52,545 nucleotides of DNA from Promethearchaeia archaeon (GCA_029856155.1 JAHQWL010000026.1:1-52545); one strand, 5' to 3'; positions 29,563 to 39,872 are shown, counted from the first letter of the stretch. The notes: a model not told the origin generated them from the letters alone. A program made the numbers and translations.

Positions 29563-30315
29563 ATGATAAAGAATATCTTCATAATGAAGGGAAACACTGG
29601 TGAATTAATTTTCTATAAGACTTATGAAGATATTTTTAATGTTAAACTAACAAGTAGTTTTCTAAGTGCAATTTTTTCTTTTGTTAAGCAAACATTAAAA
29701 ACTGAAGAATTATCTGAAATTGAAGTTGGACTGTTTAGGTTTATATTCGAAATTGAAAAAATAGGAAATGATGAATTGTTATTTGCGCTTTTTAGTGATC
29801 GAACGGATAATCTCGTTGAGATTCGAAATCAATTAAGAGAAATTAAGAATCAGTTTATAAATAAATATGATCTAACCTTATTATCCAATAATTTCGATGG
29901 AGAAATTTCAAAATATTTTGAATTTGAGAAAAATATTAATGAAGTTATGGAGAATCATGGTCAATTAGTTTCAGAGGAAATTAAAAAAGATTTATTAAAT
30001 GTTTTTAATGAATTGCATACTTTTTCTTCTTTTGTTGTATCTTCTGCTTTATTAACTCAAACAGGCAGGGTTATAGTATCATCTTTAGAACCGAATATTT
30101 TATCAGAAATAATTAGACTTTTAGAAGGAAGATTTATATCTGGAAATTTCAGAGTTAATGAACTTATATCTTTAGAAAATTTTGGTGTGCTTTCTTTAGT
30201 CGGAATTGATGTACATTTCATTTCTGTGATCCAATTCAAGAGCAATTGCCCCTTTGAAACGGGATTAGTCATCTCAAAAAGGTTTTCCAATAGGATACAG
30301 AAATTAATTTGTTGA
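29563..30315 (+). CDS. Longin-like + Roadblock/LC7-like fusion protein
   Basis: IFIM..GELIFYKTY..LTSSFLSAIFSF (longin-type); SSALLTQTGRVIVS (roadblock-type). Confidence 0.7.
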   Translation: MIKNIFIMKGNTGELIFYKTYEDIFNVKLTSSFLSAIFSFVKQTLKTEELSEIEVGLFRFIFEIEKIGNDELLFALFSDRTDNLVEIRNQLREIKNQFINKYDLTLLSNNFDGEISKYFEFEKNINEVMENHGQLVSEEIKKDLLNVFNELHTFSSFVVSSALLTQTGRVIVSSLEPNILSEIIRLLEGRFISGNFRVNELISLENFGVLSLVGIDVHFISVIQFKSNCPFETGLVISKRFSNRIQKLIC

Positions 30316-30353
30316 AAATGACATGATTAATTCGTAATAAATCGATCAATATT

Positions 30354-30376
30354 ATCCTTTTCATAAAAGGATTTTT
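30354..30376 (+). terminator. Hairpin + T-tract, candidate terminator
   Basis: ATCCTTTT-CAT-AAAAGGAT followed by TTTT, downstream of 30315. Confidence 0.4.
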
Positions 30377-30504
30377 TAAAAAAAAATGTGCCATTGTGAA
30401 TATCGTACATTTGTTTTCCAAAAATTAAAAAGTTAATGCACTTTTTCCCTAGTATAATCAATTACTTTAAAAATATTAAACATAAATAAGGGGGTTAAAA
30501 AGTT

Positions 30505-31788
30505 ATGCCAAAGTTTATAGATCAAGTAATTAATGACGAGATTTTAGATAAATTAAGTCTTAAAAATCGATATAATTTCATAAACAATAATTTAATGGCA
30601 ATTTTGACGCCAGAACAGTTTAATTTCTTCAAAAGTGTTCAAAAATTTTGTATGAGGTTCGAAAAGAAAAATGGGATTACTCATGGTCCTGAAGAAGATG
30701 TATATGATTGGATTCCCACCTTTGGGGCAGAAGGGTATGTTACAAGGGCACATAATTTTGAAATGGTCGATGTTAATTATGAATATTATGGAGCTGTAGC
30801 AGATCTCCTTAGGACTCTAGCTCTAGACAGCTTTGATACACAATTTGGGATGGCTATTGGTGCTACAGTATTAGCGGTTAATCCCATTTACGAACATCAT
30901 GAAAATATTCCTATTCGATTAGAAGCATTAAAAAGTCTTGTTATAGGCGAAGAATCAGGATGTATTTGTATAACAGAACCAGAAAGAGGCTCAGATGCGG
31001 TTCATATGTTAACCACCTGCGATGAGCAGGAGGACGGTTCTTTTATTCTCAATGGAGAAAAAGTGTTCAATACGAATGCACCTAAATCAAAATGGGTGAT
31101 TGCATATGCGACTGCTGAAAAAAATAATGGTAACACGATGGCCCAATTCTTAATAGATGCCAAATGGGACGGATTTACAGTTGAGCGTGTAGGAATACCT
31201 TGGGTACCAAAACTCTACTTAGGTCACGAGTGGTTTGAAAATCTCAGAGTGCCAAAAGAATATGTACTTGGTGGAATTGGGAAAGGAAGAGAACATCTCT
31301 TTGAGGGGTTAATACCCGAACGGATTGGTATTGCTTATGGTGCTATTTCCCAGTGTTGGGGGGCTGTGTCTCACGCTGCTATATATGCCAACATGAGAAA
31401 ACAATTTAATCAAGAGGTCTTAAAATTCCAAGGGGTCGGATTCCTATTAACAGATTTGTGGGCAAAAACTACAAATTTGACACTTGGTTTGCTAAAATTC
31501 TGCGAAGAGTATGATAAGAAGATGGAAAAATTCGAACATAATATTCCCGCAAATATTAGCAGAGCTATGGTCGCCTCGGCAAGTCAACTTAAATATCATT
31601 GCACAAATCTGTCCAAGGAGGTGTGCTATGAAGCAGCTAACCTTATGGGGGGTGCTGGGTTATCAGATAACACTTTAATGCATGATTATGTGAATATTTC
31701 ACGAATACAAGAAATAGTTGGAGGAAGCCGCCAAATTCAGCAATATATTATGTCTATGGCGTTACGCCAACTCTTTAAGATGCTCTAA
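30505..31788 (+). CDS. Acyl-CoA dehydrogenase (paralog 1)
   Basis: ITEPERGSD, LNGEKVFNTN, RKQF, MGGAGL, EIVGGSRQIQ. Confidence 0.92.
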   Translation: MPKFIDQVINDEILDKLSLKNRYNFINNNLMAILTPEQFNFFKSVQKFCMRFEKKNGITHGPEEDVYDWIPTFGAEGYVTRAHNFEMVDVNYEYYGAVADLLRTLALDSFDTQFGMAIGATVLAVNPIYEHHENIPIRLEALKSLVIGEESGCICITEPERGSDAVHMLTTCDEQEDGSFILNGEKVFNTNAPKSKWVIAYATAEKNNGNTMAQFLIDAKWDGFTVERVGIPWVPKLYLGHEWFENLRVPKEYVLGGIGKGREHLFEGLIPERIGIAYGAISQCWGAVSHAAIYANMRKQFNQEVLKFQGVGFLLTDLWAKTTNLTLGLLKFCEEYDKKMEKFEHNIPANISRAMVASASQLKYHCTNLSKEVCYEAANLMGGAGLSDNTLMHDYVNISRIQEIVGGSRQIQQYIMSMALRQLFKML

Positions 31789-31927
31789 AATTACTACTAA
31801 TTTTTTTTTCTTTTTCACTTATATCAATTAGGAATTAAAATATATCTTCTTTTAATTCATATACTTTTAATTAATTTTAATTTGATTAGATTATTAACAA
31901 AGGTTTAAAATTTCAAAGGTTTGAAAA

Positions 31928-34171
31928 ATGGAAAATTTACTTAATATTGCTAAAAATGCATTTCCTCCCGTATCAGGATCTGAAATAGTAAAGGGAATCG
32001 CAGAAGAGGTTGAAATATTATGGGATAAGTGGGGGATTCCACATGTTTATGCAAAATCATTAGATGATGCGTATTTTACTCAAGGTTATCTTCATACAAG
32101 ACATAGATTGTGGCAAATGGAAACATTTAGACGTTTAATATCTGGTGAATTATCAGAACTAACGGGAGAAGCAACACTTTTGAGTGATAAATATTATAGA
32201 ACGATTGGATTACATCGGTTAGCAAAAAAGTGTACCTCAAATTTAGAAAAGAAAAAAAAATCAGAAGAATATCGTTTGTTAAAAGCTTATGTAAATGGAG
32301 TAAACATAGGTATAAAAGAAGCTCAAAAAAACCTTCCAATTGAATTTTCAGTCTTAAAGGTTAAACCAAGTGAATGGTTAATTGAAGATTCTTTTAAAAT
32401 AATAAGTATGATTGAATGGAATTTAAGTAGTTGGAATTTTCCTTTAGAAGTAATACGTGAACATTTAATAATTAAATTAGGTCTTGCAAAAGCTAAACAG
32501 TTCATACCTTTTTTTTCAGAAACTTATGTTAAAGGATCTATGGGTAGTAATGCCTGGGCTGTTAGTCCCAATAAATCTGAATCTGGAGCTGTATTATTAG
32601 CAAACGATCCACATCTTGCTCTTACAAATCCGGCTATATGGTTTTTAATTCATTTAAATTGTCCAGAATTAAATGTAATAGGTACTTCGCTTCCAGGATT
32701 ACCTATAATTGTTATAGGACATAATGAAAATATAGCATGGGGTTTAACCAATGTAACTGCCGATACAATAGACTTATTTCAATTGGAAGTAAATCCCGAG
32801 AATCAAAACCAATATAAATATAATGGAGACTGGATAGACTTTGAAATTATAGAAGAGCAAATAACAGTACGAGATAAATCTGAATCAATAAAGCAGAAGG
32901 TTTTGATATCGAAATTTGGTCCAGTTGTAGAATATTTTGATGAAAATCAAAGATATTACAAGTTTAATCTTCCTGGTAAATATGCATTACGGTGGTCAAG
33001 TTTTAAACCAGAACTTCAGAATAATATAACTGGCTTTGTAAAGATAAATAAAGCTTTTGACTGGGAGAGTTTCAGAAACGGAATAAAACATCTAACCATT
33101 AATCCTCAAAACTTTATTTATGGTGATGTAAAAGGGAATATTGGCCATCAACATGGAGGTAGAATTCCTATAAGAAATTTTGGAGATGGTGCTACAATTA
33201 CTCCCGGAACAGATGAGAAGTTTAATTGGAAGAGTTTATCATTCTTCGATCAATTATTTTCACTATATAATCCTAAGGAAGGTTTTGTCTATACCGCGAA
33301 TTTTAATGAAGATAAAGCTCCAAATGGACTATTGATAGCACAAGATAGGATAGAACCTTATAGACAAATTAGATTAAAAAAGTTAATGCAATCAAAAGAA
33401 AAATTCTCAATCGAAGATTTTAAGAAATTTCAACTTGATAGATACACTGAAGAAGCTGCCGAATTATTACCCATTATGTTAAAATATCTAAAATCTGCTA
33501 AAAAATCAGAAGAATACTCAGATTTTATATCAATTCTTGAAGAATGGGATTACTATTTAACTAAAAAAAGTATTGCTGGTACCATTTTTAAAATATGGCA
33601 TCACGAGACATTAGATTTCATTCTAACACCTTTAATTGGTCAAGAAATACTGAAATTATTTTATGGGAGTCGTCCTTTTAATCTAAAGAAAATTATTGAC
33701 TCATATAATGAAAATATAAAGGAATTGGAAGATATATTGCTTACTTCATTCAAAAAAACAATTGATTTTCTAACAGATAAATTATCATCTGATAATAAAA
33801 AATGGCAGTGGGGTAATTTACATAAACTTACACTTGCTCATCCATTTTCGTCTATTAATAAAGATGCCAAAGTATTAAATGCAGGCCCTTTTAAGATTGG
33901 TGGAGATGGAAATACACTTAATAATGGATCTTATGATCGATTAAGCAATTATAATGTTATTGTGGGACCTTCTTATCGCCAAATACACGACTTATCCGAT
34001 TGGGATAAATCAATAGGTGCTTTACCGGGAGGACAATCAGGTTTACCTTTCCATAAACATTACAAAGATTTAATAAAATTATGGATAAAAGGTACTTATA
34101 TTCCCTACTTATTTACCCGAAAAGCAATTTTAGATAACTTAGAAGGAATTTTCAAATTAATGCCGGAATAA
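31928..34171 (+). CDS. Penicillin acylase family Ntn-hydrolase (S45)
   Basis: WGIPHVYA, RLWQME, GSNAW nucleophile Ser, ANDPHL, PGGQSG. Confidence 0.92.
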   Translation: MENLLNIAKNAFPPVSGSEIVKGIAEEVEILWDKWGIPHVYAKSLDDAYFTQGYLHTRHRLWQMETFRRLISGELSELTGEATLLSDKYYRTIGLHRLAKKCTSNLEKKKKSEEYRLLKAYVNGVNIGIKEAQKNLPIEFSVLKVKPSEWLIEDSFKIISMIEWNLSSWNFPLEVIREHLIIKLGLAKAKQFIPFFSETYVKGSMGSNAWAVSPNKSESGAVLLANDPHLALTNPAIWFLIHLNCPELNVIGTSLPGLPIIVIGHNENIAWGLTNVTADTIDLFQLEVNPENQNQYKYNGDWIDFEIIEEQITVRDKSESIKQKVLISKFGPVVEYFDENQRYYKFNLPGKYALRWSSFKPELQNNITGFVKINKAFDWESFRNGIKHLTINPQNFIYGDVKGNIGHQHGGRIPIRNFGDGATITPGTDEKFNWKSLSFFDQLFSLYNPKEGFVYTANFNEDKAPNGLLIAQDRIEPYRQIRLKKLMQSKEKFSIEDFKKFQLDRYTEEAAELLPIMLKYLKSAKKSEEYSDFISILEEWDYYLTKKSIAGTIFKIWHHETLDFILTPLIGQEILKLFYGSRPFNLKKIIDSYNENIKELEDILLTSFKKTIDFLTDKLSSDNKKWQWGNLHKLTLAHPFSSINKDAKVLNAGPFKIGGDGNTLNNGSYDRLSNYNVIVGPSYRQIHDLSDWDKSIGALPGGQSGLPFHKHYKDLIKLWIKGTYIPYLFTRKAILDNLEGIFKLMPE

Positions 34172-34214
34172 AAAGAAAAATAAAAAAAAATAAAATTATT
34201 TTTGATTTATTTTT

Positions 34215-35519
34215 TTATGTTACTGACATCTTATACAACGTTCTTAAAGAAAGAGACATAATATATTGTTGTATTTGTCTGGACCCACCAAGAATCTCCT
34301 GAATTCTTGAAATGTTCAAGTAATCATGCATTAAAGTATTATCACATAACCCAGCTCCCCCCATAAGATTCGCACATTCATAGCACACCTCCTTGGAAAG
34401 TCCTGTAGATTGGTATTTGAATTGACTCGCTGAAGCAACCATTGCTTGAGTAATATTTTTAGGAATATTTCCTTCAAACTTAATATATTTGTCATCATAA
34501 GCCTCACAGAATTTTAGTAATCCTATAGATAAATTTGTAGTTTTAGCCCAGAGATCTGCGAGTGAAAATCCGACGCCTTGGAATTTTAGTATTTCCTGGT
34601 CAAATTGCTTTCTATTATTGGCATAGATTACAGCATGGGTTAAAGCACCCCAACACTCTGCTAAACTCATCATAGCAATTGCTATTCGTTCTGGAATTAA
34701 CCCTTCAAAAAGATGTTCTCTTCCTTTCCCTACGGGTCCTAAGATACATTCCTTTGGTACTCTGAGATTTTTTAGATATTCTTTTCCAACAAATAATTTA
34801 GGGACCCAAGGTATTCCTACACGCTCAACAGTAAATCCGTCCCAATTCGTATTTATTAAGAATTGCGCCATCAAGGTTCCATTATTCTTTTCAGCTGTCG
34901 CATATGCAATAACCCATTTGGATTTAGGACCGTTTGTATTAAAAATTTTAGTTCCATTTAAGATAAAAGACCCATCTTCCTGCTCATCGCAAGTGGTTAA
35001 TTGGTGGACAGCATCTGAGCCTCGCTCAGGCTCTGTAATAAGAATTGCGCCAGGAGACTTTCCAGTAACTAAATCTTTAAGAGCTTCTAATCGAATAGGA
35101 ATATTTTCATGATGTTCGTAAATGGGATTAACCGCTAATACTGTTGCACCTCCTCCCATGGCGAATTGGGGATCAAACATATCGATTGCTAGATTACGAA
35201 GGAAATCTGCTGCTAAGCCCCAATCTTCATACCCAACATCAACCATATCAAATGAGTGTTGACGTGTAATATATCCTTTTTCTCCAAATTCTGGTATCCA
35301 TTCGTAAATATCTTCATCAGGACCGTGTGTTATATTATGCCTTTTCTCAAAACGTAAACAGAAACGCTCTACTTCCCTTAAAAAATTAAACTCTTTCGTT
35401 GTTAAAATAGCAGTTAAGTTGTTATTAAGAAAGGCATATCGATTTTTTAGATTGAATTTTTCAAGAATTTCGTCATTTATTACTTGTGTTTTAAACCTTC
35501 TTTTTTCCGCCATATTCAA
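34215..35519 (-). CDS. Acyl-CoA dehydrogenase (paralog 2)
   Basis: ITEPERGSD, LNGTKIF, EILGGSRQIQ. Confidence 0.92.
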   Translation of the reverse strand: MNMAEKRRFKTQVINDEILEKFNLKNRYAFLNNNLTAILTTKEFNFLREVERFCLRFEKRHNITHGPDEDIYEWIPEFGEKGYITRQHSFDMVDVGYEDWGLAADFLRNLAIDMFDPQFAMGGGATVLAVNPIYEHHENIPIRLEALKDLVTGKSPGAILITEPERGSDAVHQLTTCDEQEDGSFILNGTKIFNTNGPKSKWVIAYATAEKNNGTLMAQFLINTNWDGFTVERVGIPWVPKLFVGKEYLKNLRVPKECILGPVGKGREHLFEGLIPERIAIAMMSLAECWGALTHAVIYANNRKQFDQEILKFQGVGFSLADLWAKTTNLSIGLLKFCEAYDDKYIKFEGNIPKNITQAMVASASQFKYQSTGLSKEVCYECANLMGGAGLCDNTLMHDYLNISRIQEILGGSRQIQQYIMSLSLRTLYKMSVT

Positions 35520-35706
35520 TTACCTTTTAACTATTTTTTAATATTTTTTGATTTAACTTAATTTTTAATGTGGAAATTCATTTTTAATATAAGTTATTAT
35601 ACCATAATAAATTCGTTCAAATTCTTTAAATAATTTTATTTTTAAGAAATTGATAAAAATAAAATAAAAATCAATATTTTGAAAATGTAATATAAAATAA
35701 TAAAAT

Positions 35707-37002
35707 TTGATGAAAATGGATAGAAGATTTGAAACGCAAGTTATTGATGATAAAATTTTAGAAAAACTAAATCTTACCAATAGATATAATTTTCTTAATG
35801 AGAATTTGTCTCTTATTCTTACTGAAAAGCAGTTTACCTTCCTTAAAGAAGTCCAAGACTTCTGTCTAAAATTTGAAACAGAAAATAAAATAACACATGG
35901 TCTCGAAGAAGATGTTTATGAATGGTATCCTATTTTTGGAGAACAAGGATATATAACTCGCCAACATACGTTTGAATGCATTGATTTGAATTATAAGGAG
36001 GTTGGAATGGCTATGGATTTTATGAGAATATTGGCACTTGATTTATTTGATCCTCAATTTGCTATGGGAAGTGGGGCGACTGTCATCTGTATTAACCCGA
36101 TATATGATCATCATGAAAATATTCCAGTACGGCTTGAGGCCTTAAAGGAGTTAGTGACTGGAAAAGCCCCGGGATGTTTATTGATTACTGAACCCGAAAG
36201 AGGCTCTGATGCCGTACATATGTTAACTACATGTGAGGAACAAGATGATGGGAGTTTCATCTTAAATGGAACTAAAATTTTTAACACTAATGCTCCAAAA
36301 TCAAAGTGGGCGGTTGCATATGCGACTGCCGAACAAAATAATGGCAATTTGATGGCACAGTTTCTTATCAACACATCTTGGGAAGGATGGAATTGTAAAC
36401 GTGTTGGAATATCATGGGTCCCGAAATTACATTTAGGAAAAGAAAAATTAGAAAACTTGAGAGTACCAAAAGAATACGTACTTGGTGGAATTGGTAAAGG
36501 TAGAGAACACCTTTTTGAAGGATTGGTCCCAGAAAGGATTTCTATTGCTGTCAGAGGTGTAAGTGAATGTTGGGGAGCATTAGCACATGCAATTATTTAT
36601 GCTAATATGAGGAAACAATTTGACAAAGAAATTTTGTTATTTCAAGGAGTTGGATTTACATTGACAGACCTATTGGCCAAAACAACAGCTCTTACTCATG
36701 GTATTTTGAAATTCTGTGAAATCTATGATGAGAAAGTGGAGAAATATGGAAATAAACTGCCAGAAAACATTTCACGTGCATTAGTTGCCTTAGGAAGTCA
36801 ATATAAGTACAATTGTGCTTTACTTTCTAAGAAAGTGTGCTATGAAACTGCTAATTTGATGGGAGGAGCAGGATTGTGTGACAATACATTAATGCAGGAT
36901 TATTTAAATATTTCAAGAATCCAAGAGATAATTGGAGGAAGCAGACAAATTCAGCAATTCATTATGTCAAGAAATTTAAGATATCTCTTTAAAAATCTAT
37001 AA
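35707..37002 (+). CDS. Acyl-CoA dehydrogenase (paralog 3)
   Basis: ITEPERGSD, LNGTKIF, EIIGGSRQIQ. Confidence 0.92.
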   Translation: MMKMDRRFETQVIDDKILEKLNLTNRYNFLNENLSLILTEKQFTFLKEVQDFCLKFETENKITHGLEEDVYEWYPIFGEQGYITRQHTFECIDLNYKEVGMAMDFMRILALDLFDPQFAMGSGATVICINPIYDHHENIPVRLEALKELVTGKAPGCLLITEPERGSDAVHMLTTCEEQDDGSFILNGTKIFNTNAPKSKWAVAYATAEQNNGNLMAQFLINTSWEGWNCKRVGISWVPKLHLGKEKLENLRVPKEYVLGGIGKGREHLFEGLVPERISIAVRGVSECWGALAHAIIYANMRKQFDKEILLFQGVGFTLTDLLAKTTALTHGILKFCEIYDEKVEKYGNKLPENISRALVALGSQYKYNCALLSKKVCYETANLMGGAGLCDNTLMQDYLNISRIQEIIGGSRQIQQFIMSRNLRYLFKNL

Positions 37003-37065
37003 AGATAAATTAAGATATAAGAAATAAAAGAAAATAAATGTTTTTAATCATATAAGCGGGAGATT

Positions 37066-37275
37066 TTATTCATTCTCTTCTTCTCCCAATAATGCTTCTA
37101 CTTTATTTTCGAGTTCTTCAATTTTTTGTTCAAGTGCTTCAATTTTTTTATTAGTTTCACATGTAGCACATCCATCATCTTCATCACATTGCGGAAGTGT
37201 GTCACAAACTTCTTGAAGTTCATCCATTTCTTCTAATAACTTATCGACTTCTTCTTGTAGTTCATCAATACTCAA
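37066..37275 (-). CDS. Small acidic coiled-coil protein with a central 4-Cys motif
   Basis: Heptads flank CDTLPQCDEDDGCATC; AGGTG SD-like motif before the TTG. Confidence 0.75.
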   Translation of the reverse strand: MSIDELQEEVDKLLEEMDELQEVCDTLPQCDEDDGCATCETNKKIEALEQKIEELENKVEALLGEEENE

Positions 37276-37397
37276 ATTTCACACCTAAATTTTTTTAAGA
37301 TAATAAGGATATAATTATTTAATTTTTTTTGGTTTAAAAACTTAAATTAATATGAGACTATTGTTTTAAATAATTTTCAGAACTGTAATAATAAATA

Positions 37398-38393
37398 ATG
37401 GTTATTCAAAACGATTTTGCAGAAATACTTAAAAATTTAAGCGATAAAAGTACTTTAGATCGAGCAGAATCAATTTCAAATAATTGTATAAGAATTTTAA
37501 AGATTGATAAAGAAATTGGATTAATTGAAGCAGAGGTACAAGGTAATAAATTAATTCCGTATAAGCTTAATTTTAATATTTCTCAGAAAAACCTTCATGA
37601 TATGATATATCATGATTGTCCTGATTATTTAGCACGAAAGAAGCCAAATAACAGATTTTGTAAGCATATTGTGAAATTTTTCTACATTCTAAATAGTCAA
37701 GATTCAGTATTAGCACACAGACTATTAACAGAATTCAATACAAAAATAATTGAACACACTCAGAGTAATAAAATCGATTTATTAGACATTAATCATTTCA
37801 TAAATAAAGATCTAGAAAAGCAACTAACATTTGATTATAAAGGATTTGATTTCTTTTTTGACCTTTCTGAACTAGATGATTCAGCGAGAAAAATCGTAAA
37901 GGATATTTTAGTAGAAGCAAGGAAGTTACCAGCAGCTTTAAGAGGTTTTCACGGAGGGTATGAAGGTGGTCTATTTGATCATATTCTACTGGTTACAAAT
38001 TATGCCTATAAGTTAAGTAAATCCAAAAATTATCAAGTGGATGTTAAAAAAGCAGTTCTAACAGCAATATATCACGATTTTGGTAAAGTTTCGTATTATT
38101 CTTATAAAAAAAAGGACATTACATCAAAGATTACAGTAGCACGCGAAGAATTAGATAAAATTCATGATGAAATTGTAAGGAAGTTTAATTATAAGGGTAG
38201 ACATTACCATGTTGAAGAAGCATTAGCAGTACTTGGAAAAAATAAGCATGTTCTGTTCTATGATGATGAGATGTATAAAGCAATTATATTCCATCATGGT
38301 CAATGGAGTAAATATCATCCAATAGATATGAATGAGCTAGCGAATTTAGTACATGAGGCAGATATGATTGCTAGCCAAAAACATTTTGTATAA
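37398..38393 (+). CDS. SWIM Zn-finger + HD phosphohydrolase (YhaM-like HD)
   Basis: HDCPD..FCKH; GFHGGYEGGLFDH, YHDFGK, HHG, EAD. Confidence 0.75.
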   Translation: MVIQNDFAEILKNLSDKSTLDRAESISNNCIRILKIDKEIGLIEAEVQGNKLIPYKLNFNISQKNLHDMIYHDCPDYLARKKPNNRFCKHIVKFFYILNSQDSVLAHRLLTEFNTKIIEHTQSNKIDLLDINHFINKDLEKQLTFDYKGFDFFFDLSELDDSARKIVKDILVEARKLPAALRGFHGGYEGGLFDHILLVTNYAYKLSKSKNYQVDVKKAVLTAIYHDFGKVSYYSYKKKDITSKITVAREELDKIHDEIVRKFNYKGRHYHVEEALAVLGKNKHVLFYDDEMYKAIIFHHGQWSKYHPIDMNELANLVHEADMIASQKHFV

Positions 38394-38441
38394 TCCTATT
38401 ATACTCAGAAAGGAGAAATTTTGAGAATTTAATAAAAATTC

Positions 38442-39110
38442 TTAAGTTTCTTTTAATGTTTCTATAATCTCAGATATTTCTTCACTCTTACGATATTTTT
38501 TGACTAATTTTTTATAACTTTTAATTGATTTTTTAATTAGTTCCAGAGTTTCATCTGGGAGATCATCTTCGTGAATTTCAAGATCCTGTATCATAAAGTC
38601 TAAACCAATAGTTAATTTATAATCTTGTTCAAAGCTTTTTTTAGTAAATGTTCTTATTAGTGAAGATTTCCCAACTGCAGCGGCCCCGGCAAGTAAAATC
38701 TTAAACCTAAAATGGTTAGAATCTATGATTTCTCCAAGTCTAGGCTTAAAATCGAGTAAAGCTGTAATGGTCAATCTGTAAAATAATTTTTCCACATTTA
38801 TATTTTCTGAAGCAGAAGTTTCGATATATTCAAATAAGTAATATTGATTTACTTTTTGAATGATTTTTTCTCTAGGTATGGTTTCTCCAATATCTTGTTT
38901 TAGATCGTTCTTATTACCAATTAAAAAAATAGGTATATTACCGGAAATGTCTCTGATTTCATTGAAATATTCATCTATTTTATTAAATGTATCAGGGCGA
39001 CTTAAATCAAAAACCAGACCCAATGCAGCAACACCTTTGAAAAAGTCAGTTTTAAAAAAATCAAATCGTTCTTGTCCTCCCGTATCCCATAGTGATAATG
39101 TGATTTTCAT
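38442..39110 (-). CDS. Circularly permuted Rab-like small GTPase (G3-G4-G5-G1-G2)
   Basis: WDTGGQERF, GNKND, ETSAS, then GAAAVGKSS, LTIGLDF; helical tail. Confidence 0.85.
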   Translation of the reverse strand: MKITLSLWDTGGQERFDFFKTDFFKGVAALGLVFDLSRPDTFNKIDEYFNEIRDISGNIPIFLIGNKNDLKQDIGETIPREKIIQKVNQYYLFEYIETSASENINVEKLFYRLTITALLDFKPRLGEIIDSNHFRFKILLAGAAAVGKSSLIRTFTKKSFEQDYKLTIGLDFMIQDLEIHEDDLPDETLELIKKSIKSYKKLVKKYRKSEEISEIIETLKET

Positions 39111-39135
39111 TTTGGTATTAGCCCTCTACTCATTT

Positions 39136-39840
39136 TTATGGTTCCCAAATACCGATATATTCATCAGAAATATTGTAAATTTTATTAAATCCCATTTTTT
39201 TATATAAATCTTTAAGGCTCTGTTTGCTATAATTCCACTGCGATCTTTTTTGGTATGAATTAATACCATCATTGTCTAAAAAGAAGAAATCAACCATTTT
39301 GAATAAAGTTTTCGGCAGATGTTTACCTAAATATATAACGACCTTTAAAATCTTATCTCGGGCAGAAATCTCTTTAGGTTTAACTGTATAAGGTTCACAA
39401 ATTATAATTTTATGTGCGATATTTTTAGCTATATTAATTAAATCAAAATGTTTTGGGTATATATGATGCAAGATATCACTAATAACAATGACATCTTTCT
39501 TCTCCCCCTGATAGTACTTAAAATCAAATATGTTTTTTTGATGTAATATAATTTTCTTTAAAATAATATTTCTCAGTTTAAGTTCCTTATTTTTTATTCG
39601 TTTTAAAAATCGATGATTTAAATCTACACCCTCATATTCTATCATGGGATGTAGAAAACGCATTAAATATCCGGTACCACACGGTAAATCTAAAACTCTT
39701 TTTGGACCCTTTCCAACTAGTAAAGCAATTGTGAGAAATTTTGTATCTTGATTGTATAATCTCCTAGTAATTGCATTATAGAGCCACCCACTACGGTATA
39801 ATAAACTTCTAAAACGGGGGATTTCCATTTGTTTTTGCAT
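39136..39840 (-). CDS. Class I SAM-dependent methyltransferase
   Basis: VLDLPCGTG, GVDLN, DILHHI. Confidence 0.85.
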   Translation of the reverse strand: MQKQMEIPRFRSLLYRSGWLYNAITRRLYNQDTKFLTIALLVGKGPKRVLDLPCGTGYLMRFLHPMIEYEGVDLNHRFLKRIKNKELKLRNIILKKIILHQKNIFDFKYYQGEKKDVIVISDILHHIYPKHFDLINIAKNIAHKIIICEPYTVKPKEISARDKILKVVIYLGKHLPKTLFKMVDFFFLDNDGINSYQKRSQWNYSKQSLKDLYKKMGFNKIYNISDEYIGIWEP

Positions 39841-39872
39841 AATAAAATAAATAGAATTAATTTTTGTTGGAA

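Noticed and set aside
30383-30395. 13-nt match (AAAATGTGCCATT) to the tfs insert
   Set aside because: Short and AT-rich, and it lacks the full hairpin; chance cannot be excluded.
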